A DNA stretch of 64,000 nucleotides from Tubiluchus corallicola (lineage: Eukaryota > Animalia > Priapulida). The stretch covers positions 967 through 64,966 of the forward strand of contig JAQGDQ010001073.1 in NCBI GenBank assembly GCA_030141605.1, written 5' to 3'. Positions 1 through 17,200 of the stretch are shown here, piece by piece. The notes beneath the pieces were generated by a model. That model ran no database searches, was not told where the DNA came from, and saw only the letters and a list, made by a program, of their open reading frames with translations. Both the position numbers and the translations under genes were made by a program. Within the stretch, counting starts at the first letter, position 1. Each line of letters begins with the position of its first letter.

Positions 1-49
1 AATTAATTACGGTTAAAAAGATTAGCAAAATATGCATACAATTTAAAAG

Positions 50-380
50 AAAATTTTCAACAATGATTGTATCTTTTTATCCAAAACTCATCAATATGGA
101 TAAATCAGCCATTTTAATAGTCATAACAGTTTGATAAATGAAAATTTTCAGCAGTGATTGTATTTTTTCATCTAAAACTCATCGATATTGGATAAATCAG
201 CTATTTTGATAGTCATAATAGTTTGATAAATGAAAATTTTCAACAATGATGGTATGTTTTAATCTAAAGCTCGTCGATATTGGTAAATCAGCTATTTTGA
301 TAGTCATAATAGTTTGATAAATGAAAATTTTCAACAATGATTGTATGTTTTTATCTAAAAGCATCGATATTGGTAAATCA
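50..380. repeat. Tandem repeat, ~90-bp unit, ~3.7 copies (intronic)
   Basis: Recurring aaattttcaacaatgattgtat...gtaaatcagctattttgatagtcataatagtttgataaatg at ~50, 142, 234, 324. Confidence 0.85.
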
Positions 381-1189
381 GATATATACAGAAAACACTC
401 TTAATTTTTAATCTTTTAAATTGTATGCATATTTTGCTAATCTTTTTAACCGTAATTAATTTTATGGCATTACTCTATGTGTGCATCTGATTTGGTAACT
501 ATTGTACATACGTAGTAGTTTCAGAGATTGTTTAGGCTTCACTGGTTTGCTTTCAATTTTAATGATGTATGCATGTATTTTCATTTTAATGGAATCACTT
601 TTGGCCTCAAGCTCTGTTTGGGCGAGAAGCCTAGCAAGGTGGTTGCGGCAGGGGGCAATCACACCCACCCTCATGAAGCAATGGTGAGGGGGCGCAAAAT
701 TTTTCAATGACTGTTAACTATTAAATAGCGATCCGGAATTAACCAAACAGTTAATAAAAGTTTTCAAACAGCAACAACAAAATTGTCTAGTCACAGCCCA
801 TCGTAGCTGACCTAATTAATTACTATATACAGTCTGTAAATGCATTCTGTAAATGCCTATTGTACTATTTTCAAAACCTGTAGTGTTCTGTGTCTTTCAT
901 AATCTTTGCATGTTTTAATGACAGAGCTGAATGTTTAACGACTGTGGTGTTACAAGAAAATTTTCTAGGCCAATGCATAGAAAAGAATTCACCTTCAAAC
1001 AAATGATAAAAACATTAAAAAGGTAGGGCGCCAGAAGCTTCTTGCCCAACTTGCTACATGGGCCACTAGTCTGGGCACTTGCTACATTGCCACTAGTCTG
1101 GGCTTTATTTCAAAATTCATATTAGGCGTTTAATTTATGTAACAAAACAGTTTTTGTATAGCTAATTTGTGGATTCAATTTTTTCATAG

Positions 1190-7087
<5,898 letters not shown>

Positions 7088-7204
7088 CTTCTTATGCAGT
7101 CAATTATACTCTTTCTTTAACTTGTTGTATTTCAAACCAGTGATGTTTAGTTACAATTTTTTTTAAAGTTCTTACTTTGGTACATACTGTTATTTTATAT
7201 ACTA

Positions 7205-7246
7205 TATTCGGCTGATGAGGTCTGTTCAGACGAAAGCTACTGAATA
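7205..7246 (+). ncRNA. Minimal type I hammerhead ribozyme (Penelope pLTR-like context)
   Basis: Stem I TATTCGG(7205-7211)/CTGAATA(7240-7246); core CTGATGA 7212-7218; stem II GTCT-GTTC-AGAC; GAAA 7232-7235; palindromic AGCT mini stem III; UA cleavage site at 7238-7239; AATAAA at 7243-7248. Confidence 0.75.
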
Positions 7247-7386
7247 AATATTTTAATCTTTGAGACTATAATGGGCATTACGTTTTTTTCTGTATATCTT
7301 TAATGACCTAAAATCTGGGCACTACAGAGCTATGGTAAAATTCTTCAACTATAGATATGGTACTCGATGTTCTGCAATCTGTGTAG

Positions 7387-8670
7387 AAAATGGTATTAGC
7401 CTTTTTTAAAGCCATTTTGGGTAAATGTATATATGTTCTTAGTTGCCATGTTTTAAATACTGGTAATGGTTTCTCATAGTGTTAGTATAAGTAAATATAG
7501 CAAACTTTGTTTTAGCCAAAAAATAAACTACTAAAAAAATTTGAAAGCATGCCAAACCTACAAAAGTGCAGCATCGTTTAAGCATTAAACTACATTGATC
7601 TCAAAACTCTGACAGAAAAAGGAAACAATAGATGAAATGACAAGTTAACTGTCAAATGTTAGGGAAATGACAGACACTGAAAGAAAGAAATCAGAGCATG
7701 CTCTTACACTATTGATTTTGTTGTGAACTCTGTTTATAATTTCATCACTGATATCTTATTATATGTACAGTAATTTGATAAACCAAACATTTTATATAAT
7801 AGTCAGTAATTGATGATTTGGTTAGCTAATTAAAAGACATCTTATTTCAATGCTTTAGCCGTTAGCTTAACCGTTGATCATATTATCAATTAATATGAAC
7901 TGGTTTGTTAATTTACTAGGCATACCTAAGCATTTCAGTGTTTTTTTGTTCCATTTCATGTAATGACTAATCAAAATGGCTACATTAATGCAGTAGCAAA
8001 TCTTCGTGTAAAGTTTGGTAGAATAAAGATAATTACGAAAAACTGACAAATGTTGTTACTAGCTCGCAAGAAAAGTTACTCAAACGCCAATGTAACATTT
8101 TGCGACACAAATAAGGCTTCTCATGTGGATTTAGAGGATGAAATCTTACTTTCATGTTGGTGATAAAATGTTAATACATTCTGCAAAGAAACAAAATGCT
8201 ATTAATAAAATTTCATGTTATTTGTAACCAGTTCTCATGTTATTGATAAAATTTTATTTTATAAAAGCGTTCAATTTTAATTTATACTGTTTGTGACATA
8301 TATTAGCATTTAAATTTTTCAGTCTGATAGAACAGTTGAACAAAATTGGCATTGAGCTTGAATTGAAACTAGGATCACTGAATTACTATTTTAACATCAT
8401 AATGGCCCCTGTATAAAGCGAGTGCTCAATCTACTCTTCTTCCTTTCACTTCCTGTTTGTAGCGGCTCGTGTATAGTACTGTGGAACTGCAGCACCCCCT
8501 ATTATCGATAATATTCAATATAAGTAATTTTTCTTTAGCTCTTACTTTACAATTGCAGGGTCCAGACACTGTTTGCTTCACAACCTAGCAGAGTGTGCTC
8601 ACAGCTTAAGGAACGTGATGTTTCTCTGTTGTGCGCATGCTCATGCATAATATGATTGAGATATGATGGT
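7387..8670 (+). repeat. Recent ~1.28-kb segmental duplication (other copy 32006-33286, direct)
   Basis: Near-identical from aaaatg(g/a)tattagcc to gagatatgatggt, with only scattered SNPs and short indels. Confidence 0.95.
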
Positions 8671-9439
8671 GCACTTCAGGTAGAAAGAGTACTGTCGCTC
8701 ACGCAGTGTGTGTTGTCAGCTTAAAAACTGTTTAAAAACCTTGTACCCGCACATTCATGAACTGCGAGATTTAGGCAATTTCATGAGCAAACAATATTTC
8801 TTTTTAGGATTTTATCAACTTTATGTATAAATTTTCGTATGTTTGTTTGTTTAAAATTACAATTACAAGTTACAACATTAAGATTACATAATTTATTATG
8901 TTTGTTTCGTTTTACACAGTATTAAAAGAATATCTAAAATTTTTTGAAGCCAGCACCACATATAATTTTAGGTACAAGCCGCCACTTCTTCCTTTTAATC
9001 AAACTTAGTCACTGTGTCTCAGACACAAGGTCTCTGGTTCAAATCCAGGCTGTGATCCAATTTCTTCACATTTCAAGTTTTATATCAAAATTTGTCTTTC
9101 ATTTTCTCTCTTTCATCTTCCACACTTATCATTAAGTTTTATAAAAAGAAATAATCGTTTTATTCATTACATCAACTCCACAGCTAGATGTGCTGTACAT
9201 GATGTATAACTATGTCTCAATTTGTCTTCGTTAAATTTCGTATCAACAAAAATCTTGGAAATTATGTTGAATTAGAAAAAAACAAATATTTGGTATAATT
9301 TAATGATTTTATTTCATGTAAGATTTCATTTTTTCCACACAAATAAACTTGAAATTGTTCCTTCAATATTCAATTTCAAAGACGGACAAGTTCCAATTAT
9401 TTCTGTCTTTCTATTTTATTCCTTTACAGGTCACTCATC

Positions 9440-10107
9440 CTACAGCCATTTGAATCCCGAAGTTTTACCGGTATTATTTGGATCGCTCGGTCCATCGGTC
9501 ATTTTATCCAAATCGCCACCTTTTTTGCTCAACACGCAAGTACCGGCCGTGGATCCCCAGTGGTCGTGGCGGGTGCCCCATCTGCCCGGGAACTCCCAGG
9601 TCATCTCCTGCACGTCTTCCCAGGTGCGCCATTCAGTGCCGCCATCTGCAGTCACATCTTGGAGTATATTGATACCGAGTACATCTTTGTACGGGTCAAC
9701 GCCGGGGACGAAGTAGGTTCCATGAGAAGCGTGTGCGATGTAGACCACTGGATGGTACTGATCCACTTTCTGGATCTTCGGATCACTGAACGACCAGTCA
9801 TACGCGTTGCTGGATCCGTGAGCATGCACGTACACGCGCGTGATCTTGCTGTTCACCAGGAGGACGCTGATATTCTCCCAGTCACCAAAATGGTTTCCCA
9901 ACCTTTGGAATCCAACTTGTTTGCCGCCATTGAACGGAAAGTAGATGTTATACTGAATTTCCATGGTATTTCCGGACTCCTTGTATCTGACATAGATGGG
10001 CACCCGTCCTGGTTCAGTGCCGATGACGTACGAAGGTAGACCTCTGTTATGCAGCATAGAGTGACCACTGTCCACCTTGTCATTTGGAATCAAAAAAATG
10101 GTGTTGT
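9440..10107 (-). CDS. Vps62-like domain protein, terminal exon; upstream coding exons not found
   Basis: Open ~222-codon frame after acceptor ttttag|ACAAC; motifs VPIY, YNIYFPFNGG, GNHFGDWE, VHAHG, HPVVYIAHASHG, FPGRWG, GPSDP are typical of Vps62-related proteins. Confidence 0.7.
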
Positions 10108-10620
10108 CTAAAACAGCTGAAATAGAAAAGAGGATTAAAAGTGTAATCCCGTAGACATGTACTTGATTTAAAAGACAAGAAAAGACACTTTATAATTAAA
10201 GTTTGAAAAAATGGTCTTGAAATTTTGTATCAGGTACATGCTGTATTATTGCATAAAGAGCTAGCCATAGCAGTAACGCTGTTTAAAACTTATAAATGTA
10301 AACTCCCATGATGCAGCAAATTTAATGGCCATTTGTTTGAAATAAGTTTAAACAACGTTGCAGAAAGTTTGAACAAATTACTTCATTAACTAAGCAAAAG
10401 TGTAAATTACTTTATATTGTCAATAAGATTAATAATTGTGTGTCAGAGTTGTACACTGGGATAGGTGAGTCAGTGTTTCACATGAACATTTTAAATTATT
10501 AAGAATTACTTTTCCAATAATTCTTTCAAACAGGTAAGCATAATGCTAGCATAATTTTGTATGGAAAATTGCCTTATACTTTAAAAATCACTGTTCTTTT
10601 CCTTCTTTAAAATAATGCAC

Positions 10621-10725
10621 GTGCACACACACACGTGTGCATGCAACACACACACGTGCATGCACGCAAACACTCACACACACATATGCGCACGCATGTA
10701 TGCAAACACTCACTCACGCACACAT

Positions 10726-10811
<86 letters not shown>
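10621..10811. repeat. (CA)n microsatellite
   Basis: Direct reading. Confidence 0.95.
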
Positions 10812-10813
<2 letters not shown>

Positions 10814-10976
10814 TTGTAGTTTCGAGTCTTCTGCCACATTTCCAGAATACTACTTCGTTAATTTGCAATGGTTTCATGCAACTGTATTTTAGCTTCGACA
10901 TATTTTAACGAAAAAAAGTAAAACAGTTAAATCTTGTCTGCATGACAAGTAATAATCAAATTTCAAATTTATCGTT

Positions 10977-11068
10977 GGTTCGTCGCAATCTAACACATCT
11001 GAACTGAGCAGCTGCTTTTGTTTTGTGCAATGCGCTTTTAAAATGCGGACGCTAGAGCCCGTCTAGAC
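10977..11068 (+). repeat. Dispersed repeat fragment (second copy ~24036-24130)
   Basis: gttcgtcgcaa(t/a)ctaacacatctgaact...tgtgcaatgcg...cgctag(a/t)gcccgtcta in both places. Confidence 0.75.
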
Positions 11069-11209
11069 AGCAAATGGTGAAATGCATGTAACAGTCAAGA
11101 ACTAGTGATGTGAACTAGCAATAATTCTTTTTGGTCTAGAGTTTTAGATTGCTCCGCTGCTTTGAAACGTTCTGCTTTAAAAGCGAGGTATATCCCTATT
11201 GCTAGATGT

Positions 11210-11330
11210 CCTAGTTTTGCGCTAATGCGTCCACTTTCAATCTGGAAGCTTGTGAGTTCGATACTGCCAGTGGTCATACCCAAGACTTTAAAAATGGTAC
11301 GTGCTGTTGCCCTGCCTGGCGCGTGATATT
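11210..11330 (+). mobile_element. tRNA-derived SINE fragment
   Basis: B-box-like gagttcgatac, then ggtcatacccaagactttaaaaatggtac...tgcctggcgc, resembling a conserved metazoan SINE central domain. Confidence 0.55.
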
Positions 11331-11365
11331 TTGTGCTGATTTAAACTTGTGTTGCCCCCTCTTTT

Positions 11366-11759
11366 CTGTTATAAACTGGTTTCCTTTTAAACAGGTCATG
11401 TGACCAGTCTTTTACCTGTACACTTACCTGTAGATTGGAGTAACTCAGGCGTTCACATACTGCAGTGACAAATTGTTTAGCGTCATTCATTGATTCGTTG
11501 TTATAATTTCATAATTACACTTATAGAAGATCACCATGTAAGTTGATTTATTAATTTCTTAAATCTTGAACCTTTGTTTATTAAAAAAAACTAAAGATTA
11601 GATTTTATAATTTGCGTAAAACTTTGTTAAGATCAATTTGGTTTAGATTTCGCCGTAAAATTTGAGCAAATTATATAAAATTATCTTATTTGTTTTCAGA
11701 TTAAACGATACAAGCTACACAATTATGTTGTTGGAGTTTTTTTTTAAGAAGGTAGCACA
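11366..11759. repeat. ~390-bp inverted duplication (other copy ~28804-29180)
   Basis: Reverse-complement match including ctacag|gtaagtgtacag|gtaaaag and the flanking AT-rich sequence. Confidence 0.9.
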
Positions 11760-14281
11760 TATTTAGTTGAAACGTAGGGTTATAATAATCTTTGTTATGT
11801 CGCGTAATTAGTTTTTAGTAATTAGTAATACAGTAGGCGAGAAAAGTCTCATAGCAGGCTTGTGTTGTCTGTTGAATTTAAAGGCTGACTTTGAATAAAG
11901 GTTATAATAATAATAATAATAATTATCATTATTGTTATTATTATTATTAGTAGTAGTAGTAGTAGTAGTAGTTCGAGATAAACGAAATATTTGCAAAAGC
12001 CTCTGAAAACATGTGTTCCAATTTTAAACAGATTTTTACTTAGTTAATTCGTAATTAATAGTAACCCCTTTTTGAACATCTTAAAGAAATGGTATTGCAA
12101 TAAACGGTCTATAAGGCTTAGACTAGGCTGATTAAATTCAATGAAAGCTGAAACAGCTACTTCTACAGCTAAGGAGAAACACAGGAAGAGCTAATGGTCA
12201 AGGCAACAAGCTACCATTAATGATGAACCATGATTAAGACTGGTAAGTCTAAAAAGCGTATTGCACGCCACTGCAGACAAGGCGAAGAGACAAAACAGGG
12301 GACCACAGAAAAGCACAGTAGGGCAAATTTGCAATTAATTAATTAATGCGATCAGGTAGGATCAAACAATATGCAGAGAGATTCGCAACAGACAAGCAGT
12401 TTTGGGAAAACTGGACTTGAAGCCAAATCACTTTCTCAACTACAACTCAAAATGAGTGAAGTTTTCAAAATGAATGAAGGTTTCAAAATGAGAAACGTTT
12501 TTGGTGAGATGTTTGGCTGCACATTGTCAACGCTTTTATAAGAAAATAATTTTTCCGTATGATATAGCAAGGGCTATACATGCTCAAATACTGCATGGCA
12601 CATATGTGTCATGCATTAAAACGCTTTTTACATTCAATTCACTTAAGTTGAACCAGTGAAAGCCAGAATGTTGTAAAACAGAAAGGTAACTATAATGTTT
12701 TTCAAAATAAAAGTACTTTTATAAATTCAGCACAAAAATATATACATTTCTTTTATACATATACTAAAACAAAGAAAACACATTAGCAAGGTATTATTAG
12801 CAAGGATATATGGTGAAAGAAGAATTTCACTGCACAATGTTGCCTTATTTATACATCCAAAAACAAAAATATATTATGAATATGCACAACAAAAATAAAG
12901 TTATAAAATTATGTAAATGCTTTAACATGTAAAGTATTTTCTTGTACATAACATAAATAATTGTGAGTGAGAACATCAAGACGTAAACCATGTCACTACT
13001 ATTACTGGATGCAATTGCAGCTGTGATAATGAAAATACAGACACTTCATTACAAATTTTCATTATCCTAATTTCTGAAGAATTTGCTAGATTTTTGAACA
13101 ACGCTTATTTAACAAACATTAGGCAATATAGAGTATTTCCGTGACATAAATTTTCACGTAAACTTTTCACTTTCATTATTACACGCATTTGTTACAGCTA
13201 TAAATAAGGATGCCTATGTCGTAACTATTTTTTTTCTAATTTAGCAAGCACATTTCAATTTCACAGGGTAATAATAATGGTTTTAGTACAAGTTGAGCAC
13301 TTTGTATGCTACTATTCTGGTCTGTCAAAGAATGTGTCACAATTGTAGCATAGAAGTAACAGAAACAAAGCATAATAAAATTGCAGACTACTACTCCAGT
13401 AAGTATTTACTTGAAGAGAAATAGGGTGCCATACAGGAATCTGTTATAAATGCAGCACAGAAAGTTATTATGAAAGCACCAGCATGCATGGCTGCACAAT
13501 ACAAAACTTCATAGAATTGTGACTACATTGACTAATTTGCCCCGCAAATCTTTTCAGCAAATTTAACTGTGCAATTCAAAATTAAAACTTTACAGTGACT
13601 TGTGATAAAATCAACATCAATAGTTGTAAATGTCAACACAATCACTGTGGCTGGGTTTTGTTCACAATGAATCAAGTACCAATAGGCTGCAGCAGTCATC
13701 CTTTCAGGCAATCTGTTCTGGTTTTAAAAATTCTACCAGAAGGTCAAACTTTTTTGCCATTGGATCCACCCAAATTGAAACAGGTAAACTAAATATTTTT
13801 GTACAAAGAAACAGGAATATTAGCAAGTAATGGTCTAATTTTGAAATCTATTGAAATTAATAAAGGGCAGAGCTTATTTCCTTATAAACAATTTATCAGT
13901 TTTCTCTGCCAAAACAGTAATAAAATTTGGTATACGAACTCCTTGTTTTTTTTCATTGAAAACTATGCACTAGTCCAGCCTCCATTTACTGAATATTGTG
14001 TATACTTTACACAGTTAAAAAGTAAAAACATGACAAGGAATGTGAGTTGCAAATCCAAAACTTGCCAGCTGAGTGATAAGTAACAGAAACCGTTTGAGGA
14101 ACAGGATCAATGTGTTCCTCAGTCATTTTTCATTCCATAATAAAACTAAGAGAGTAACGTAAAAGCTAGCGGAATGAAAAGTCATCAAAAATTTTTGACA
14201 ACGTTGTATTCACAGATGACACATTTCTTGACATTTTGCAATTCTAACTGTCACATGACTTCACGAGGTGGAATTTTCTTA

Positions 14282-17200
14282 CTATTTCCAAAGCCACATT
14301 TCATCACCCAGCAGCTCAGCTAAATCTTTGTTAAATGAAGAATAGAAATCGTCAAGTAACAGCCTGGTAGAATTCAACAAATTCACCTTCCTTCTGAACT
14401 TGTTTGCTCTTACTGTCTGCACATTGTTATCTAAAAAACAGAAATTTTATAAAATGTGTTTGCTGAGATCCACCAGTTGCTATGAATACCTGTGAGTCAG
14501 AAAAGTTTTGGTAAGTCAAAACAACAGGTAATGTGGATAGGTTGTCCAGGTTGCAAACAAAGAGCTTTCTACAGGATAAAATATAACCGTTGCAAGGATT
14601 CGAGTTGTACACAACCATTTCTTACATTAAAGTATTGTTGGATAAGCCTTTACACAGTTCCAGCGATTGATGACGATCGTGAAAAGGTCAAAGGTTAATT
14701 GTATCACACAACGAATTTGTTTACACTTGACAACGCCTGCCCATGTTATTGTAATAGTAACAGTTTTAACAGGTAGCTGGAACCTTACCTAGTTCATTTT
14801 TTCTTGTTCCCAAGCAATATCCTGCTAGTAAATCATTCTATGCACAGACTAATGCATGTCAAGTAAAGTCCACGTAAAACAACTGAAGTTACTGAAAATT
14901 GGTTCAGTAGGCTTTGGTTTATACACTTGTCAAGTGACGGATGTACTTAAGGTGCGTTGCTGTGATACACTTAACCTTTGACCTACAGTAAGTGCGCTTG
15001 CGCATAAAGAAACTGTGAAAAGGCTTATTAGTTAGTATTCTTTCTTATGTAGCTTGGAAGCCTCGCGTCTCGCACAACCGGAGACTTAAAGAGATCAGAG
15101 CCAAAATCAAGGTCCTCCAACACATCTTGTAGATGTCTCATAAGCTTCTCTTTTGAATACCCATTAAATTGATAGTTATGGTCTGGGATCATTTTAGCTC
15201 CCACTCTGCCCTTCACCACAGTTTCTATATCTATATTCATCGGTGTGGAAGTCGAGTGAGTTTCCAGACCCCATCTGCTCCCATTACACCTCTCAAGACT
15301 GCTGGCTCATGATACTGAGACAAACGAATATGGAATATGGAGGGCTTCAAAAATCCATTATTGATTCAGCAATACTGTATTTTGATGTTTTACATTGTTC
15401 CGCGATATTTTTGTACAATCTGTTATATTTCATCTTGTACAAGATGGCAAGCTGGTGTTTCTACAAAACAGGATAGTTTTGGATAGTAACTTTAGTTGGG
15501 TAAAACATGCTAACGTTCCCGCATCTCGTAACTTATTTTACAATAGCAAGATCACGTGTTACGGCATAGTGCAACAAATACGACATAACACCTTTAGTGT
15601 AAAGGAAAGATAAAAATGCCTATAAAAAGGAAAATATTCAAACGAATTAAATGTGCGCATTTTTGTTCATTTGTAACAGAAGTTTTCATTTTATACGTGC
15701 AGCAAAACTTTGTATTGACCTGATATCGTTTTCACCTTTTAGTTCCAAAAACTTGTAGATTCGCTGAATCGTGGACTGAAAGTCTTTTACTGTGTCTTCA
15801 AAGCGGAGGATCAGTATCTGATCTCTAGGAAAGACACGCAGATAATGCCGTAGATATGCCACATAGCAACCTTTGTACATGCTACGTGCCTGTGTAGAAA
15901 AAAGAGAATCTGTCAAAAAAGAATTAAACCAGAATGAGGTAAAAATCAAAATTTTGGGGCTTGTTCATAGCGTCTTTAACGTGACGATAGCCAAAAGTGA
16001 CGCAAAGTCAGAAGAGAAGGTAACACAGGAGCGATTCAAGACATCGAATACAGGGCATGGCAATTGGTAAGGGGGAGTGGGGGAGGTAAGACAAGCGAGA
16101 CAAAGCAAGGTCAGGTAATACAACACAAACCAAGGGCAAGCAAGGCAGCCCAGCGCATGTTGAGCGTGGAAAGTAAGGCGGAACTACGATAAATGGCAAG
16201 GCAAACTAATGCAGTTGTCAAGAAACATTGTATTGAATAAACTGAATAGCCTATAAAATCAACAATGGTCAAACACACAATTGTTCCTTGTGACGTCACA
16301 GACGTCCTCGTCCGTATTAAAACTATGCTAAAGTTCATTTTGTACTCTATATAAAATATTCATTTCTGTTTTATGTTTGGGTTGGTTTTCTGCCCATCCT
16401 TTAATACCTCTCCCCTTTTCCCTGTTTGATGGCGATCTTCCTGTCACATGTCTTTAATGGTTACAGGATAATTTTCGCGCTCCTGGAAAAGCATTGAACC
16501 GTGATTTTTTTCCTTATTGCGGCCATTACGGGTTTTTAAGCTGCGTAGGAAGCACACGTTTTGTGGCAGCAAGTTTGAGATCTCATAACTTTTGAGATCT
16601 CATAATGAGTTCGCTAGTTTTGGTGTTCTCAGTGTAATCAAATTTCTCTGAGAGGAAACCAGACGGTTCCTAGGCAGTGTTACTAGTATGCAGGAAACTT
16701 CGTCGTGTTCGTAATCTGGCCACGTAGATCATGACGGTTGTTGGGTGGAGTTTGAAACTGCCTAAGGAGGTTGCCTAGTTGAAGACTGGGAACGAGAAAC
16801 TTTTCTCCTTTCCTCCGTCATTTGCTGACTCCTACAGTATAGGAGTAAACGGAGACGTTTCGAGACCCTGGATCCTTGTTTCTAACACTCTGGTGGTGGA
16901 GTCTGCAATGCGTGAGCCCCAGCAGTGTGGTTTCTTGATTCTTGAGATGTGATCCTGGATAACTGGACCCACGGTATCACGACCTGAGGCTAGCCCATTG
17001 GTACAGCTGCAGCGACAATGGAACTCTTTGGTAATTATCCTCTCCTCTCTTCCTATTATACCTGGGATGGGGTTAACTGAATTCTTTCGTTATATGTATG
17101 TATGTAAGTGATTTGTAGAAATATTATTTTTGAAATTGCCACTAAATAATTTTTACACTTTTTTTTATAAAAAAAGCAATAACGTTTGTTTGTCCTCCTG

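Noticed and set aside
9000-9056. tRNA gene (GGTTCAAATCC; a similar motif at ~3115)
   Set aside because: B-box-like motif only, with no full cloverleaf; probably SINE heads.
9303-10039. + strand ORFs over the Vps62-like exon, and + ORFs at 51552-52533 and 55845-56661
   Set aside because: Antisense shadows of the minus-strand coding sequence, with no recognisable motifs.
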